Positions 48,411-60,934 are shown, numbered from the stretch's first letter. The stretch is 64,000 nt of DNA from Octopus vulgaris (GCA_951406725.2 OX597823.1:4960001-5024000); one strand, 5' to 3'. A program made the numbers and translations. The notes: generated by a model from the sequence alone, not told the origin.

Positions 48411-48820
48411 ATTTATTAAAAGAAAGAAGAAAAAAATGTGAGAAAGTAGTACATGCAAAGTATTAATGAGACACTCAGAGAAGGAAAGAAAGAGTGGTTG
48501 TTTTATATTTTGAGCTTAGCTCTTCATTGGAAACAGGAGACTTAGGAAAGTTCAAAAGAAAAGGAAGAATAAGGAAAAAAAATTGCCTACAGTCCATGTG
48601 TAGTTACATTTTTGAGATGACTGGAAGTAGATGGACAAAGTGAAAGTGTTTTCTGGGACAGGAGAATGTGAAGAAGGAATGGAGGTCAGGCATGGTGTGA
48701 GGGTGTAGGTGTGGGTTATGGCGAGGAAGAGGAAAAAGGAGAGTGGAAGTAGAACTGAAGATAAGTCAAGGGAAGACAAGTGGAGAGGAAGAGTCACGGA
48801 CAAATTGTAATGATTCACAT
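48410..48820 (-). mobile_element. Older Penelope-type pLTR fragment with decayed minimal hammerhead (48500-48534)
   Basis: Colinear with 15990-16310; minus strand GTTT-CCAATGA-A-GAGC-TAA-GCTC-AAAA-TA-TA-AAAC. Confidence 0.6.
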
Positions 48821-48969
48821 AGATAGATATGTATATACATACTTATGTGTTTTGTCAAATGTATGAGAAAAGAGTGCTCAATACATCTTGTAGAGTACAT
48901 TATTATTTTTTTTTGAAATTGAAATGGAGAGCTTGTCTTGCAGCTCATGCTTCAATAAAAACCCATATA

Positions 48970-50105
48970 GACAGGGTGTGTAAGGTATTTGAGGGCAAAT
49001 TTTTTTTACAAAATCATACATACAATTAGAGAAAACAACTGTATCAATGAAAAAATTTGCACATATAAGATTATCTTCGTTATAATCTTATCAGTGGAAC
49101 TACCTTCCACATCAATAGCTGCTTCTATGCGAAATCTGAATTGTCTATATACTCAAATTAAATGGTTCTGTCTCATATCTGATATTATGATATTATGGTT
49201 ATGAACATTGTTAGCCCTCCATTCTTGGGTTGCTTGAGCCTTACGTGATGGTGCAGAGTCCTGCTGAAACATGTACAACCATATGAGTGTTCCCTGCTTC
49301 CTCTTCCCTGTCCCCCCTCCTACTTTGCATTCTCTATTTATCCAGGGCTTGACAACTGTTTCTATGACCTCAATGTAACCAGTGGAGTTAACTCTAAGGC
49401 CTTGTGGAAAGAAGTGAGGAGGCATCACATGTCCTTAATTACTGATAAGTAGAAAATCCATGATTGTTGGAACTTCAGAAGGGTCTGAACATGACCATCT
49501 GTCATTTTTTTTCTGTTAATCTTCTGGTCCTGGTCAAAGATTTTCTCATCTGAGAGAAACCAAATCACTTTGTATACTTCTAGGTTTTGAACATTGATTA
49601 ATAGCCTTTTAGATCTGATTAAATGATTTCCCTTTGATTGTTTCTGACATGAATTGGCCACTCCTCATCATGTAAGACTTGTGCAGGATGTCTTTGTGAA
49701 CAACATTTCTGATTGTCCCTTCTAACACATGGATGCCTTTTGCAATTGACCTCATGGATTTTCTGGGATTTCTGTCAATGATCTGCTGAACTTGTTGAAT
49801 AAATTTGGGTGTTCTGATGATATCAGAGCATTGGGAATGCTTTTTGTGTTATGATACTGGTGGCACTTTTCCATCTGAGGCTTCTAACTCCTTGTGAACT
49901 TTGTAGACAAAAGATATGGCGACTTTCAAAAATTGAGCTATCTCTAAATTGTTGCGCTCAGCCTTTAAGGCCGCAATTACAGCATGCCTCTTCATTTCTT
50001 GGATAAGCTGAGTGTCTGCTATTATTTTCTGAAACATAAATGACATAAAGTTGATTTAAACGCAATACTAAGTAAAAAAATGTCATGTTCTCAAATAGCC
50101 TGTGT
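48970..50105 (-). mobile_element. Decayed IS630-Tc1-mariner superfamily transposon (maT/rosa-like)
   Basis: KRHAVIAALK...EIAQFLKV HTH, FLSDEKIF, PPHFFPQGLRVN, FQQDSAPS, FRFRIEAAIDVEG C-terminus. Confidence 0.8.
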
Positions 50106-50109
50106 ACCA

Positions 50110-50110
50110 C

Positions 50111-50141
<31 letters not shown>

Positions 50142-50283
50142 GTTTAGCATCCGCTTTTCATGCTAGCATGGGTTGGACGGTTCAACTGGGGTCTGTGAAG
50201 CCAGAAGGCTGCACCAGGCCCAGTCTGATCTAGCAATGTTTCTACGGCTGGATGCCCTTCCTAACGCCAACCACTCCGTGAGT
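50110..50283 (-). mobile_element. RTE 3'UTR tail copy
   Basis: Long (CAT)n and CATGCTAGCATG palindrome. Confidence 0.85.
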
Positions 50284-50289
50284 ACCCTG

Positions 50290-50323
<34 letters not shown>

Positions 50324-51280
50324 CTTCACTGTTTGACAACTGGTGTTGGTTTGTTAACATCCATGTAACTTAGCAGTTTGGCAAAAGTGACTGCAAGGTG
50401 GTTCCCCAGCATGGTTGCAATCCAATGACTAAAATAAGCAAAGGAGAAAAAGAATAAATGGATAATAGCAAAAGTTACTAACTTGTGGCCAATGATCAGG
50501 ACCTGAAGGCAAAATTTATAAGGGAGAACAAGACTGTTTTCAGTCAATGGGGGATTTTCTCTTACAATTCCTCTGGGGCCTGGATGGTTATGATGGGGAA
50601 AAAAATCATACGAAAAATATTCACAAAAGAAGGAAAATTGTAGAAGCTGGCAGATTTTATTTATTTATTTAAAGTTGTAGTTCATGAAATATGGATTTTT
50701 ATGGGATTCTGGATTCTCCCTCTTGTAGGTCCTGCTAATGATGACAAGTTAAGTCAGACAACAGTTGGAGTATCCTGCCATTTTATCATCAATAATTATT
50801 ACCTTCCTGTAATAACCCTAAATCAGGGATCAGTGAATGGTTTTCAAACAGCTGATCAGATGTGAAATTTATCTGTCATTTTGACTTAGCGTAACTCAAC
50901 CCTCTCCAGGGTTGAACTCTTGGTGATTTCTTCCAAAACAAAAGCATGAGATAAAGGGAAGAATTGACCCCAATACAAGACTGATACTTTATTTATCAAT
51001 CCCCAAAAGGATGGAAGGAGAAAAAAAAAAGCAATAATCATACAAAAGCAGTTTTGTCTCTTAATTTTCTACATGTTATTTGCTTTTATGAAGGGATTGC
51101 TACATATTTAAAGGCAGCAAACATTTGTATGTGCCACATACGGGGTGCACCCCTCCCACGCCCCATCCCTTCATCAGTCTTGATAAACACTTCAACAGTA
51201 AACATGGTGTCCACTGCTCCAAACCATTGTGGTGACTCAGAAAAATGGTAAAACATTAGCTTTATAAAATAGTGTTACCA

Positions 51281-51665
51281 TAGGTGCAAGAGTGGTTGTG
51301 TGATAAGAAGCTTGCTTCCCAACCACATGGTTTTGGGTTCAGTCCCACTGTGTGGCACCTTGTACTATAGCCTCAGGCCAACCAAAGCCTCATGAGTAGT
51401 TTTGGTAGAGGAAAACTGAAAGAACCATGTTGTATATGTATCTGTGTGTGTGCATGTGTGTGTCCCTCACCACTGCTTGACAACCAGTGTTGGTGTGTTT
51501 ATGTCCCTGTAACTCAGCGGTTCAGCAAAAGACCGATAGAATAAGTACTAGGCTTTAAAAAAAAACAATAAGTACTGGGGTTGATTTGTTTGGCTAAAAT
51601 CCTTCAGGGTGGTGCCCCAGCTTGGCAACAGTCAAATGACTGAAACAAGTAAAAGATAAAAGATC
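51281..51665 (+). mobile_element. OR2-like CORE SINE
   Basis: Head, body and tail; short deletion in the core. Confidence 0.85.
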
Positions 51666-53299
51666 TAACTCCACTAGAGGCAATGGGAGATTTTCTGCTG
51701 CATCCTGTTGGATACATTATGTGCACGGTATATAGGGACTTAAGGACATAGGTACATGTGCCCTAGGACTCATAAAACTTGAGATTATCCCAGATCCACA
51801 GTACATAAGCAACTGAGATAACAGCACTGCTACATGAATGAGATGCTTTTCTGTCACAGGGTAAGCAATGTGAAATGAAGTGTTTTGTTTAAGAACACAA
51901 TGCATTACTCAGTCTTGAACCCAAAACCATGATCTTCCAATCATGAATGCAACACCCTAACCATAAGGCCATGTGCCTTCATCAAATATAGGGAAGAAAA
52001 GTTAAAATATTTTTAATCAGGCTGAATGGGAGCGATTGTGACTTTGAAGTGAAACATGGTACCAACCAGTTTACTTACTTTCCTCTAAGGACAAGTAAAC
52101 ATTTCTATTTGTCACTCCCTCCTTTCTTCAACTCTTTTATTCAGGTAAACTATAATACGACAACATAGGTGATGGTATTAATCTTTGTTGCTACTCCATT
52201 CATAAAGGAAGGTGAAAGCATCTACTGTTTAAAATATCGCACCTGGGGAAACAAATTTACTATTTTTTACCAACTGAAGTAATCTCACAAAATTTTTTTT
52301 TTCTTTTTTATTGGTGGTGAGGGTGAGTATTTCTATAAAGCATTGATTTATTTGATGTGACTAGAAAAATGTCTCTTTTTTTTCTCCATTTTTTGATACT
52401 GAATTATATTGTTCACTAACCAAAAATAGATAAAGAAACAAAAAAAATTTTTGTGTGCAGCGTTACATCTTTATAATAGTAAAATTCAAAGTTTGTTTGT
52501 TTGTTTGTGTATTCCCGGATTTCAGAGAAAACAGCCGTTGTATTCATTAAAGTTGGTAAACTGGATGAAATGAGATGGCGGGCCATAGTTTGCCAACCCC
52601 TGTATTATATAACTGCAAACACATACATGCATGCATACATAACTACATACACGCCTATATATGCATACTTACATTCATACATAGCTTCATGCATACCCAT
52701 ACATACATTAATACATGCATACTAACATATCCTCTCATTCACTCATATATACACTCTCACTGTTACTCTCTCTCTCTCTCTCTTTCTCTCAGTCCCTCCC
52801 TCTCATTGTTTCTTTCTCCCTCTCTTCCTTTTCCCCTCTAAAGTGAACACTATTAAAAATGGAGATGACAAACAAAAAAGCAATAGTCTTTAATGCTAAT
52901 ACAGGATCTCACAGTGGAGTGAGAGAGGAGGTGGCACTGTTGATGAAATCAACCTCAGTATTTAGCTGGTACCTATTTCATTTAATCACTCCAAGAAAGA
53001 GCGCACTAAATGGATAGCAGAATTGTTGACCTGAGTTCAAATCCTGACTGCAGAAATTTGATCTTTAATCATTCTGGTGACCAATAAACTGCTGAGGAGA
53101 GATATATTCAACTGTACACTCTCCAAAAACAATTATGTCCTCATACAGGAGTTGTTCTGTTTGTTTTTTGCATTTGTCTCATGGTTAATGAAATAGTTTT
53201 CTAAATTTGATGATGGGCCCTACCTAAATCATCTTATCTGTCCTCTTGCTCACAGCAAAGGAATATCTAGAAAGGCTTGTCAGTGTGCCTCATGGTCTC

Positions 53300-53480
53300 A
53301 GTGAACAAAATGGAAAAAACATTGCCCTGGATGATGGCAAGGGAAATGCACTAGAACAGCCACTCTTACTCACAGGGCTTGCATTTGTGGATGACCATCT
53401 CTGCCCCATAAGCGATGAGCAAGGATGTGGTCCAGGGGCCAAGAATGCTAGAGGTCTCCACTGCCACATGTTTGATCACA
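53300..53480 (-). pseudogene. C-terminal remnant of a CRE-like RLE non-LTR retrotransposon
   Basis: Minus translation VAVETSSILGPWTTSLL...EWLF*CISLAIIQGNVFSIL fits the P.AVET.G..G....QRIS.AIQRGN pattern. Confidence 0.65.
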
Positions 53481-53619
53481 CACTTGCATTAGAAATTGTG
53501 TTATTAATACCAAAAGGATGGAAACAAAACAAAGCAATTTCAGTTATATTTGACTGAGAATGTAAAAGCTATAAAACCTCTTGTTTGGGTCCCTAATGTT
53601 TCTGCTGTACATTGCACCA

Positions 53620-54505
53620 GCCCCTATATTTCTTATTTTAGCTAGCAATTTTGAGGGAAGTTGGGTAAGTCGTCAATACTATGTGCTTCAGTACTTGATG
53701 GATACTTTATTTTATTGACCCCAGAAGAATAAAAGACAAAATTGACCTCATCCGGATTTGAACTCACATGTGTCTAATAATAAATATTTTCTCACATTTT
53801 TTTCAGAGTTGCAGGCTTTGCTAAAGAGTTATGGTTGATTGAATCAATCCCAATGCATAACTATTATCTATTTTATTATCTATTTTATTGATGAACGATT
53901 AAAAGCAAAGTCTATTCAGGCAGGATTTGACCTCAGAATGCAAAGTCTTTTTGTCTGGTTCTCTAATGTTTTTGCTATACATACCTGAACCCATGGTTCT
54001 TATTTGGGCACAAGGTCAGCAATTTAGGGGGAAGGAAATTAGCTGATTATATTGATCCTAGTACTTGACTGTTACTTTATTTTGTTGCTTGGTGGGATGA
54101 ACAGTAAAGTTGACTTGAGACTCATGTGAGTCTAATATTTCTTTTTCTAATTTTGACACAAGGCAAAGAATTTTAAGGGAAGTCAGAAAATCAATTACAT
54201 CAACCCAAATACTTAACTAGTTCTTCATTTTATCAACTCTGAAAGAGGATTTAAGACAAAACTGACTTTGGCAGAATTTGAACTCAGAATACATTGCCAG
54301 AACAAAAATGGCAAAGCATTTTCCCCACACTCTTATGATTCTGTCAGCTTGCCACCTGTATATGAGTCTAATCTTAAATGTTTTCTCACATTTGCATAGA
54401 GTCACAGACTTTGCTGAAGAGTTATTGTCAACTGAATCAATCCCAATACATAACTGTTACCTATTTTATCTAAAAGCAAAGTTTACTCAGACAGGATTTG
54501 AACTA
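53620..54505 (-). repeat. Head-to-tail array of about five decayed Nin/Deu-like SINE units
   Basis: Recurrent CAAAG....GGATTTGAACTC motif; 53781-53935 closely resembles 54377-54505. Confidence 0.65.
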
Positions 54506-55029
54506 AGGATGAAAAGATAAATAGGAAAAATGCAAAAAAAAGTGATTTAACTCTATGTACAACTATTTCTGCTGCCCTACCATCTAAATGCCTTGAATAA
54601 TTCTGATTAGCGGCATTAATAAAATGCTTAAAAAACATTAATTTGTTTTCTTTTCACATGAAATTCTACTTCAGTTACGCACAACAAAAAAACTACTAAC
54701 CGAACGACTGTCATAACAAGTAGGCGACTATCGTATGTAATGGATCGCTTGTCTCAGAAGTTGCCCAGCCCTTTAGAGTTTGGTTACACGCAGAGATGCT
54801 GGTGATGGCAGCTGTAGAGAAAATGGGAATGAGGCAAAGAATCATATTTAACACTGAGTCAAATTGTTGTATGCAAATTACCCATCATTGTGAATCACTA
54901 ATGTCTGCCTTAGCTTGAGGTGAGCATTGGAGTGCTGGAGGTGAGCAAACAGCAGGTATACACCACGTTGTGCTGTACCCTGTGCTCAAAAAGAACTGGT
55001 ACTCCATCAGCTACAACAATGAGGGTTCC

Positions 55030-55320
55030 AGTTGACCTGATCAATGGAATAGCCTGTTTGTGAAATTAATGTGCAAGTGGCTGAGCACTCCACAGACATA
55101 TGTACCTTTAATGTGGTTAGTTCTCAGGTAGGTTCAGCATGACGCAGAATGGGACAAGGCTGGCCCCCTTTGAATTACAAGTGCAACTCATTTTTGCCAG
55201 TTGAGTGGACTGGAGCAACGTGGAATAAAATGTCTTGCTCAAGGACATAATGCATTGTCAAATATTGAACTTATGACCTTACAACCATTAGCTGGATACC
55301 TTAACCACTAAGCCACATCA
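55030..55320 (-). mobile_element. tRNA-derived SINE with CCTTGAGCAAGAC core-like motif
   Basis: Minus head GTGGCTTAGTGGTTAAGG...AGTTCAAT, then GTCCTTGAGCAAGACATTT. Confidence 0.75.
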
Positions 55321-56079
55321 TGGGCTCTCAGCCTTGATGAAGTTGTTAGGGTTCCATTATGACATATGGTGTGTCTTAGGTATTTTTATACATTGCAGAG
55401 CCCATCTCTCCAAGACTCTTTCTACTTGTTAGCCATTCTTCATCCATTAAAATTGTTCCCTACACCTACATTAGCCATCCCATCCCTATGCACAGACCAC
55501 CAAATGATCTCTCCTCATGCTCTATGCCTGTTTCTCTCTCCCTCTCCCACATAGCATATGTTATCTCTCTCTCTCACTTGTCCTCGCCCCGTTAGTCAGC
55601 TGTATCATCATTACTAGCCTCTTGCTAATCCCCATCTACCTTCCCCACATTGAACTCCACTAGCTACCCCCCCCCCTTTGTATCCATCACACCCTCTATC
55701 CACCTTTGAATGCTACCCAATCCTTACAGATCACACACACCCCTTTCTCATTCTCCCCCCATCTCTTGCTCTTCCCTCTACTCACACTCTTGCAAAGCCC
55801 CACCCACCCTCCTAGCTTCTGTATCTGCACTTGGTTCTATTCACCTCATACCTTAAGGTGCCACCTCATCACCCCTATTCATCTCTTTGGGGACACTATT
55901 GATTCATTTTTTCCCTCTCTCCCCTAAATGTGAGTTGCCATGTAGCTCCTCTACAACAAGAACCTGCTCTGCCCAACCCTTTCTTATCATATCTTAAACC
56001 CCCACCAAGCATAAAGGTGCCTCCTCCAACCCTGGGTTTTATAGCCTTGCAAGTTGCATGATGACTTATGCCAGCGGCA

Positions 56080-56259
56080 TGAAAAGGAGCACCCAGTACA
56101 TGCTGAAAAGTGGTTGACATTAGGAAGGGCTTCCAGCTGTGGAAACCGTGTCAAAGGAGACACTGAAGGATGATACAGTTCTTGGACTCATTGGATCCTG
56201 TCAAACCATCCAACCCATGCCAGAATGGAATACAGTCAGTAAATGATGATGATGTGTAT

Positions 56260-56311
<52 letters not shown>

Positions 56312-56555
56312 CGTAAAAAGTACCAACCAATTGTGGCCATTGCCAGCCTCCCCTGGCCCCTGTGCCAGGGGCACGTAAAAAGCGCCCACTACACTCATGG
56401 AGTGGTTGGCGTTATGAAGGGCATCCAGCCGTAGAAACACTGCCAGATCGCACTGGATCCTGGTGCAGCCTCCTTGCTTCCCAGACCCCGGTTGAACCGT
56501 CCAACCCATGCTAGCATGGAAAACGGACGTTAAACAATGATGATAATGATGATGA
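56080..56555 (+). mobile_element. Two tandem RTE 3'UTR copies (older 56080-56253, younger 56308-56555)
   Basis: Each ends in CCAACCCATGC...(GAT)n. Confidence 0.8.
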
Positions 56556-56765
56556 TATATTCTGTTGTGTCTGGGGAGAGTCATTTTCTTTTTGTGCCTT
56601 ATTATGTAAGGACAATAAAAATAAGAAAAAAAGTGAAAATTTTACTGGTGAGTGTTACATAATAAGGCACAAAATGAAAATGACTCTCCCCAGACACAAC
56701 AGAATATACTACAACTCACGAACTCATATAAAGAATCTTGCAAACCAAATCCCAAAACGAAATAT
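56556..56765. repeat. Short fold-back with ~53-bp near-perfect arms, resembling the Penelope pLTR terminus
   Basis: TATATTCTGTTGTGTCTGGGGAGAGTCATTTTC.TTTTGTGCCTTATTATGTAA and its reverse complement; the right extension AAGAATCTTGCAAACCAAAT matches the pLTR end. Confidence 0.8.
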
Positions 56766-56798
56766 ATATATATTTATATACATACATGTATATATGTG

Positions 56799-57040
56799 TG
56801 GAGGCGTGTGGCTTAGTATTAGGATGTTCGACTCCTGATTGTAAGATTGCGGTTTTGATTTCTGGACTGGATGACACATTGTGTTCTTGAGCAAGACACT
56901 TCATTTCATGTTGCTCCAGTCCATTCAGATGGCAAAAAGGAGTAATCCTGTGATGGACTAGTGTTCTGTCAAGTGGGTGGGGGTATATACACCACAGAAG
57001 CTGGGGAAACTGGCCCTGTGAGTCTATATCACTAGGGAAG
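56799..57040 (+). mobile_element. tRNA-derived SINE with CTTGAGCAAGACACTT and CCTGTGATGGACT motifs
   Basis: GGAGGCGTGTGGCTTAGT head; core-like and V-SINE-like motifs. Confidence 0.65.
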
Positions 57041-57939
57041 CAATGTTTCTCCTTTTGTATATACATGTGTTTGCACACGTGCATGTGTGTGTGTTGTGTG
57101 CATAGATATATATGAATATATGTGTGTATAGATATATATATGTACCTGTGTACAGATTTATATATGTGTATATGTGTGTAGAGATGTATATATATATGTG
57201 TAAAGATATATGTGTAGATATATGTATGCCATCACATATATATGTGTGTGTGTGTATGGTTATATATATATATATTTACACACACACATAGATATACCAG
57301 AATGTCGTCAGCAAAACATTTTCAAGTGAGAGATGTCAACCATCTCAGCTGACACATAAATATATCATATGTTTTATATATACATATAGATATAGGATGT
57401 ATATATAATATTGTATGTTTATATATAATATAATCTTACTTATGTCGTGTTTTATCATGTTTGCTATTTTCAACATATTTTTGTGGGAAATGTTTTCCAT
57501 TCTATGACACAAACACACACATACGTGTGTAGCTATGCATGTATGTATGTATTTATATATACATATATATGTGTATGTGTGTATGTATGTGTATCTATTT
57601 AAACATGCAATATACTTATATATCTGTGTTTCTGCACATGTGTATGTGTGTATATATATATATATGTGTGTGTAAGTTTATTTCTACATATATTTTTATT
57701 TTAGCATGTATGTATTTGTATGTATGTGTAGACATGTATGTATATATGTATAAGTATATCTATGTGTGTATTTGTTTAAATGCTTTTATGCATATATTTA
57801 CAGGTTTGGATGTATATATATATATATATATCCAAACCTGTACATGCATACACATACATGAGCAACAACAAAAATCTCACAGTGCAATAAATAAACAACT
57901 GACTACAGGACATGATTTAGAAAGTGAAAATGTCCGATG

Positions 57940-58730
57940 AGACTTTCACATTTGTAACAAGACTTCCACTCCATATTAAAAAGAAAAAATGAAAATAAGA
58001 CCAACCATCTCAAGAACAGTTGTCACCATTGTCTTCCACAATCTCTTCATCTCTTTGGTTTGGTTTTGATTTCTCCATTTCTTTGCATCCACTCTGTTAC
58101 CACATGCTATTGCAGCATCTATGATCTTACTGTTTATTTTTTAGTCCTCTACAATCATATTTGGTCTTTTTAGTCAGTCTCTGTAGTTCAGTCAGTCTTT
58201 GTTGAGAAATCCTATAAAATCCTGTAATTGTCACTCACCCTCGCAGCCAGGGCTGGATTAAGACCCATCAAGGCTACTAAGCACTTAAAAGATTTTGGTG
58301 CCCCCATAAAAGATTATGTACTTCCAAATGTAAACAATAACAAACCATAAAATAAATTTTTATTTTTCAAAATGAAACAAAACAATAAGAAAGAAAATAA
58401 TGTTTATTTTTGTATACTTCTACTTTATTTATATTTGAAAAGTTTCCTCCTACTTTTTTGAATTGCAAAGTCTTTGAATGAGATCCTCAAAATTAATCTT
58501 AGGTAATGCATCTGCATCTATACTTAGTAGAGATAAAGGCATCCCAAATATTATTTTAGCAAGTTTAAAGGGATTTCTTTTGGTGCTGTAAACCCTTTAC
58601 ATTTCTTTGGTGTTCCCTCCTTCCCTTGATGCCCTCAGCACATGCTTATTTTGCTTAATGGTTAATCTAGCACTGCTCACAGTCAATGGCTTCTCTCCAT
58701 ACTACTTTTCTGCCAATTTGAATTTACATA
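57940..58730 (-). pseudogene. RLE-type (R4-like) LINE endonuclease remnant interrupted by a hAT MITE
   Basis: Minus translation EK*YGEKPLTV|SDNYRIL*DF...KRPNMIVED...KIIDAAIA...KEMKRLWKTMVT matches the RLE RPD...D...K region. Confidence 0.65.
58248..58675. mobile_element. hAT MITE with 8-bp TSD
   Basis: TIRs CAGGGCTGGATTAA and TTAATCTAGCACTG; flanks CTCGCAGC and CTCACAGT; internal LSLLSIDADAL.KINFEDLI hAT dimerisation-like remnant on the minus strand. Confidence 0.85.
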
Positions 58731-58864
58731 CTCAGCTAACATCCCAATGCATTCTTTTATAGAAACAGTCATGCTTGCATTTATACTCTTTTTGTGGTAG
58801 CTTACTGCATGCAGTTGAGAAATTACTAATACTCTCTCCTTTTTAACAGATTCTATGTTTACTC

Positions 58865-59060
58865 TCAGGTAGTGAGATGACAGAATTAGTGATGAATTGA
58901 ACAAAATGCTTAATGGCGCTTCTTCAGTCTCTTTGCATTCTGAGTTCAAATCCCACTGAGGTCAAGTTTGCTTTCAGACTTTCAGGGTTGATAAAATAAA
59001 GTACCAGTCAAACTGATTATCCTCATCTAAAATTGCTGACTTGGCCAAAAATTTAAAACA
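58865..59060 (+). mobile_element. Nin/Deu-like SINE
   Basis: TTCTGAGTTCAAATCCCACTGAGGTCAA...GGGTTGATAAAATAAAGTACCAG. Confidence 0.7.
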
Positions 59061-59061
59061 G

Positions 59062-59432
59062 TTATTACCTCCGCTTTCGCTAAGGCAGAGGCATTGTTTT
59101 CAGTTGTGTTTGTTTGTTTGTCCATGGACAAAATATCTCAAAAACCACTGGCTAGATTGAGGTGAAACTTTCAGGGATGTTTGGCCTCATGACTGTCATG
59201 AACTGATTAGATTTTGGGATTGATCAGGTCCCAGTCAAGGATTCTGGATTATTTTTCCTGTTTTTTTTTACTTAATTTTTGAGAGCGGTTGGGTTTGTTT
59301 TTAGTATTCTCATTTGTGAGAGCAGTTGAGTTTATTTCAAATACTCTCATTTTAAAAATCATCTCTGGCTAATCATTGAGAGGACGTTGGTGTTGCCTTG
59401 GTGGAGGTTTGCGCTCTGTAAGTGCTCTTGTT
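59062..59432 (+). mobile_element. Helentron-associated non-autonomous element (HINE/DINE-1-like)
   Basis: 5' TTATTACCTCCGC..AAGGCAGAGG hairpin, (GTTT)n tract, 3' subterminal inverted copy GCCTTGGTGGAGGT, then GCGCTC..AAGTGC stem-loop and a T-rich end. Confidence 0.75.
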
Positions 59433-59685
59433 ATTTTTGTTATTATTTCCCTAATCAAATGTAACCTACAACACCGAAATTTAGAGTGCTTACATAGAAG
59501 ATAACCATTACATAATTTCAATATTTAATAAGCAAGAAAAATAAATAATAATGATAGCTCCACCTCCAATTTTTACATGGTCTCATCTTTCCTTCGTAAG
59601 ATATATTCTCTAATATTTTAAGATCTCGTCACTTTCTTGAAGATATCCCAAGCTTGACTTGAAATATGAGTTTAGTTATGTTGTG

Positions 59686-59724
<39 letters not shown>

Positions 59725-59751
59725 TAAAAGTTTATATTTATATAAATGTAA

Positions 59752-60842
59752 AAGGGCACCATTCGAGCATGATCATTACCAAAGTCACCTTACTGGCACC
59801 TGTGCTGGTGGCATGTGTAAAAGGATTCGAGCAAGGTCATTGCCAGTACCACCTGACTGGCCCCCGTGCCTGTGGCACGTAAAAAGCACCCACTACACTC
59901 TCAGAGTGGTTGGCATTAGGAAGGGCATCCAGCTGTAGAAACTCTGCCAAATCAAGATTGGAGACTGTTGCGGCCGTCTGGTTCGCCAACCCTCAGTCAA
60001 AATCGCCCAACCCATTCTAGTTTCCTACGGCGGTTTTCGGTTATTCTACCTTAAGCTTTCTCTTAGGTTATATTATTTATTTAGGCTTTTCTCTTGAAGC
60101 TAGGGAGAATATAATGATTCAACGTCACTTATACTCAAGTGTTATCATTATATCTTTAACCCTAACTGCAGTTATAACGTCATATAGACATATACGCATG
60201 GAACGCTACATCAACGACCATGTATGTTGAATATTTTAATCGTGTCCTTTAAACCGCTATAAGAAACATAAAACAAAGATTACAGAAATGCATATTTATC
60301 TATGCTCAGTTGAAAAACAAACGTGAAGAGAAACATTCTTTTTAATTATTTTTTATTATATAAATATAACAATTCATATTATTTACAAGAAGAAAGATAA
60401 CTTAGTCATGAAGAAAAACGACTTTAAATTCCTTAGCTAATTTCTTCTTTCTACCTAATACGTTAACCAACAAATCAAAATAGATTTGTGCTTAACTTGG
60501 ACATGGCATAAAAATTACCGATGTCTCCAAAAGAGTGAGTGACGTGGAGTTGATTGACTACCAAACAAACACTGATATATCTTCCAAAAACCAGGGTTTT
60601 TATAACTGCTCAACTTGACTACAAAGAATCAAAATCCATGACAGATATTCTTTTCGAAACTTCTAGAATCTTTATATGAGCAGTTATATTAACCAATGGG
60701 AAAAAAACGAAAATGATATTTCTTCAGCAATACGACATTACGTCATATTGCCAATTCGCACCACATTTCAAAATGGCTAAAATGGTTATTGCTACACTAG
60801 CATGGAAAGCGGATGTTAAACAATGATGGTGATGATGATGAT
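59752..60842 (+). mobile_element. RTE 3'UTR copy split by a 776-bp insertion (parts 59752-60020 and 60797-60842)
   Basis: Consensus CCAACCCATGCTAGCATGGAAAGCGG is broken at CTAG. Confidence 0.88.
60021..60796. mobile_element. Unclassified non-coding insertion without TIRs, bounded by CTAG
   Basis: Precise insertion into a recognisable host repeat; CTAG at 60017-60020 and 60797-60800; no TIR, no tail, no listed ORF. Confidence 0.8.
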
Positions 60843-60934
60843 ATATATCATTGCTACTATGCAAAAGTGTTGTAAGTCCAAAATGTTGCTTTTCCAGAAA
60901 TCAAAAAAATAGTTTCACCATTCCATTTACATAT

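Noticed and set aside
53246-53557. 103-aa plus-strand ORF as a host gene
   Set aside because: The opposite strand matches a decayed CRE-like LINE C-terminus, so this is a shadow ORF.
60017-60800. Canonical Helitron call based on terminal CTAG and hairpin
   Set aside because: No 5' TC at an A^T target, CTAG is present at both ends, and the hairpin is ~45 nt from the end; left unclassified.
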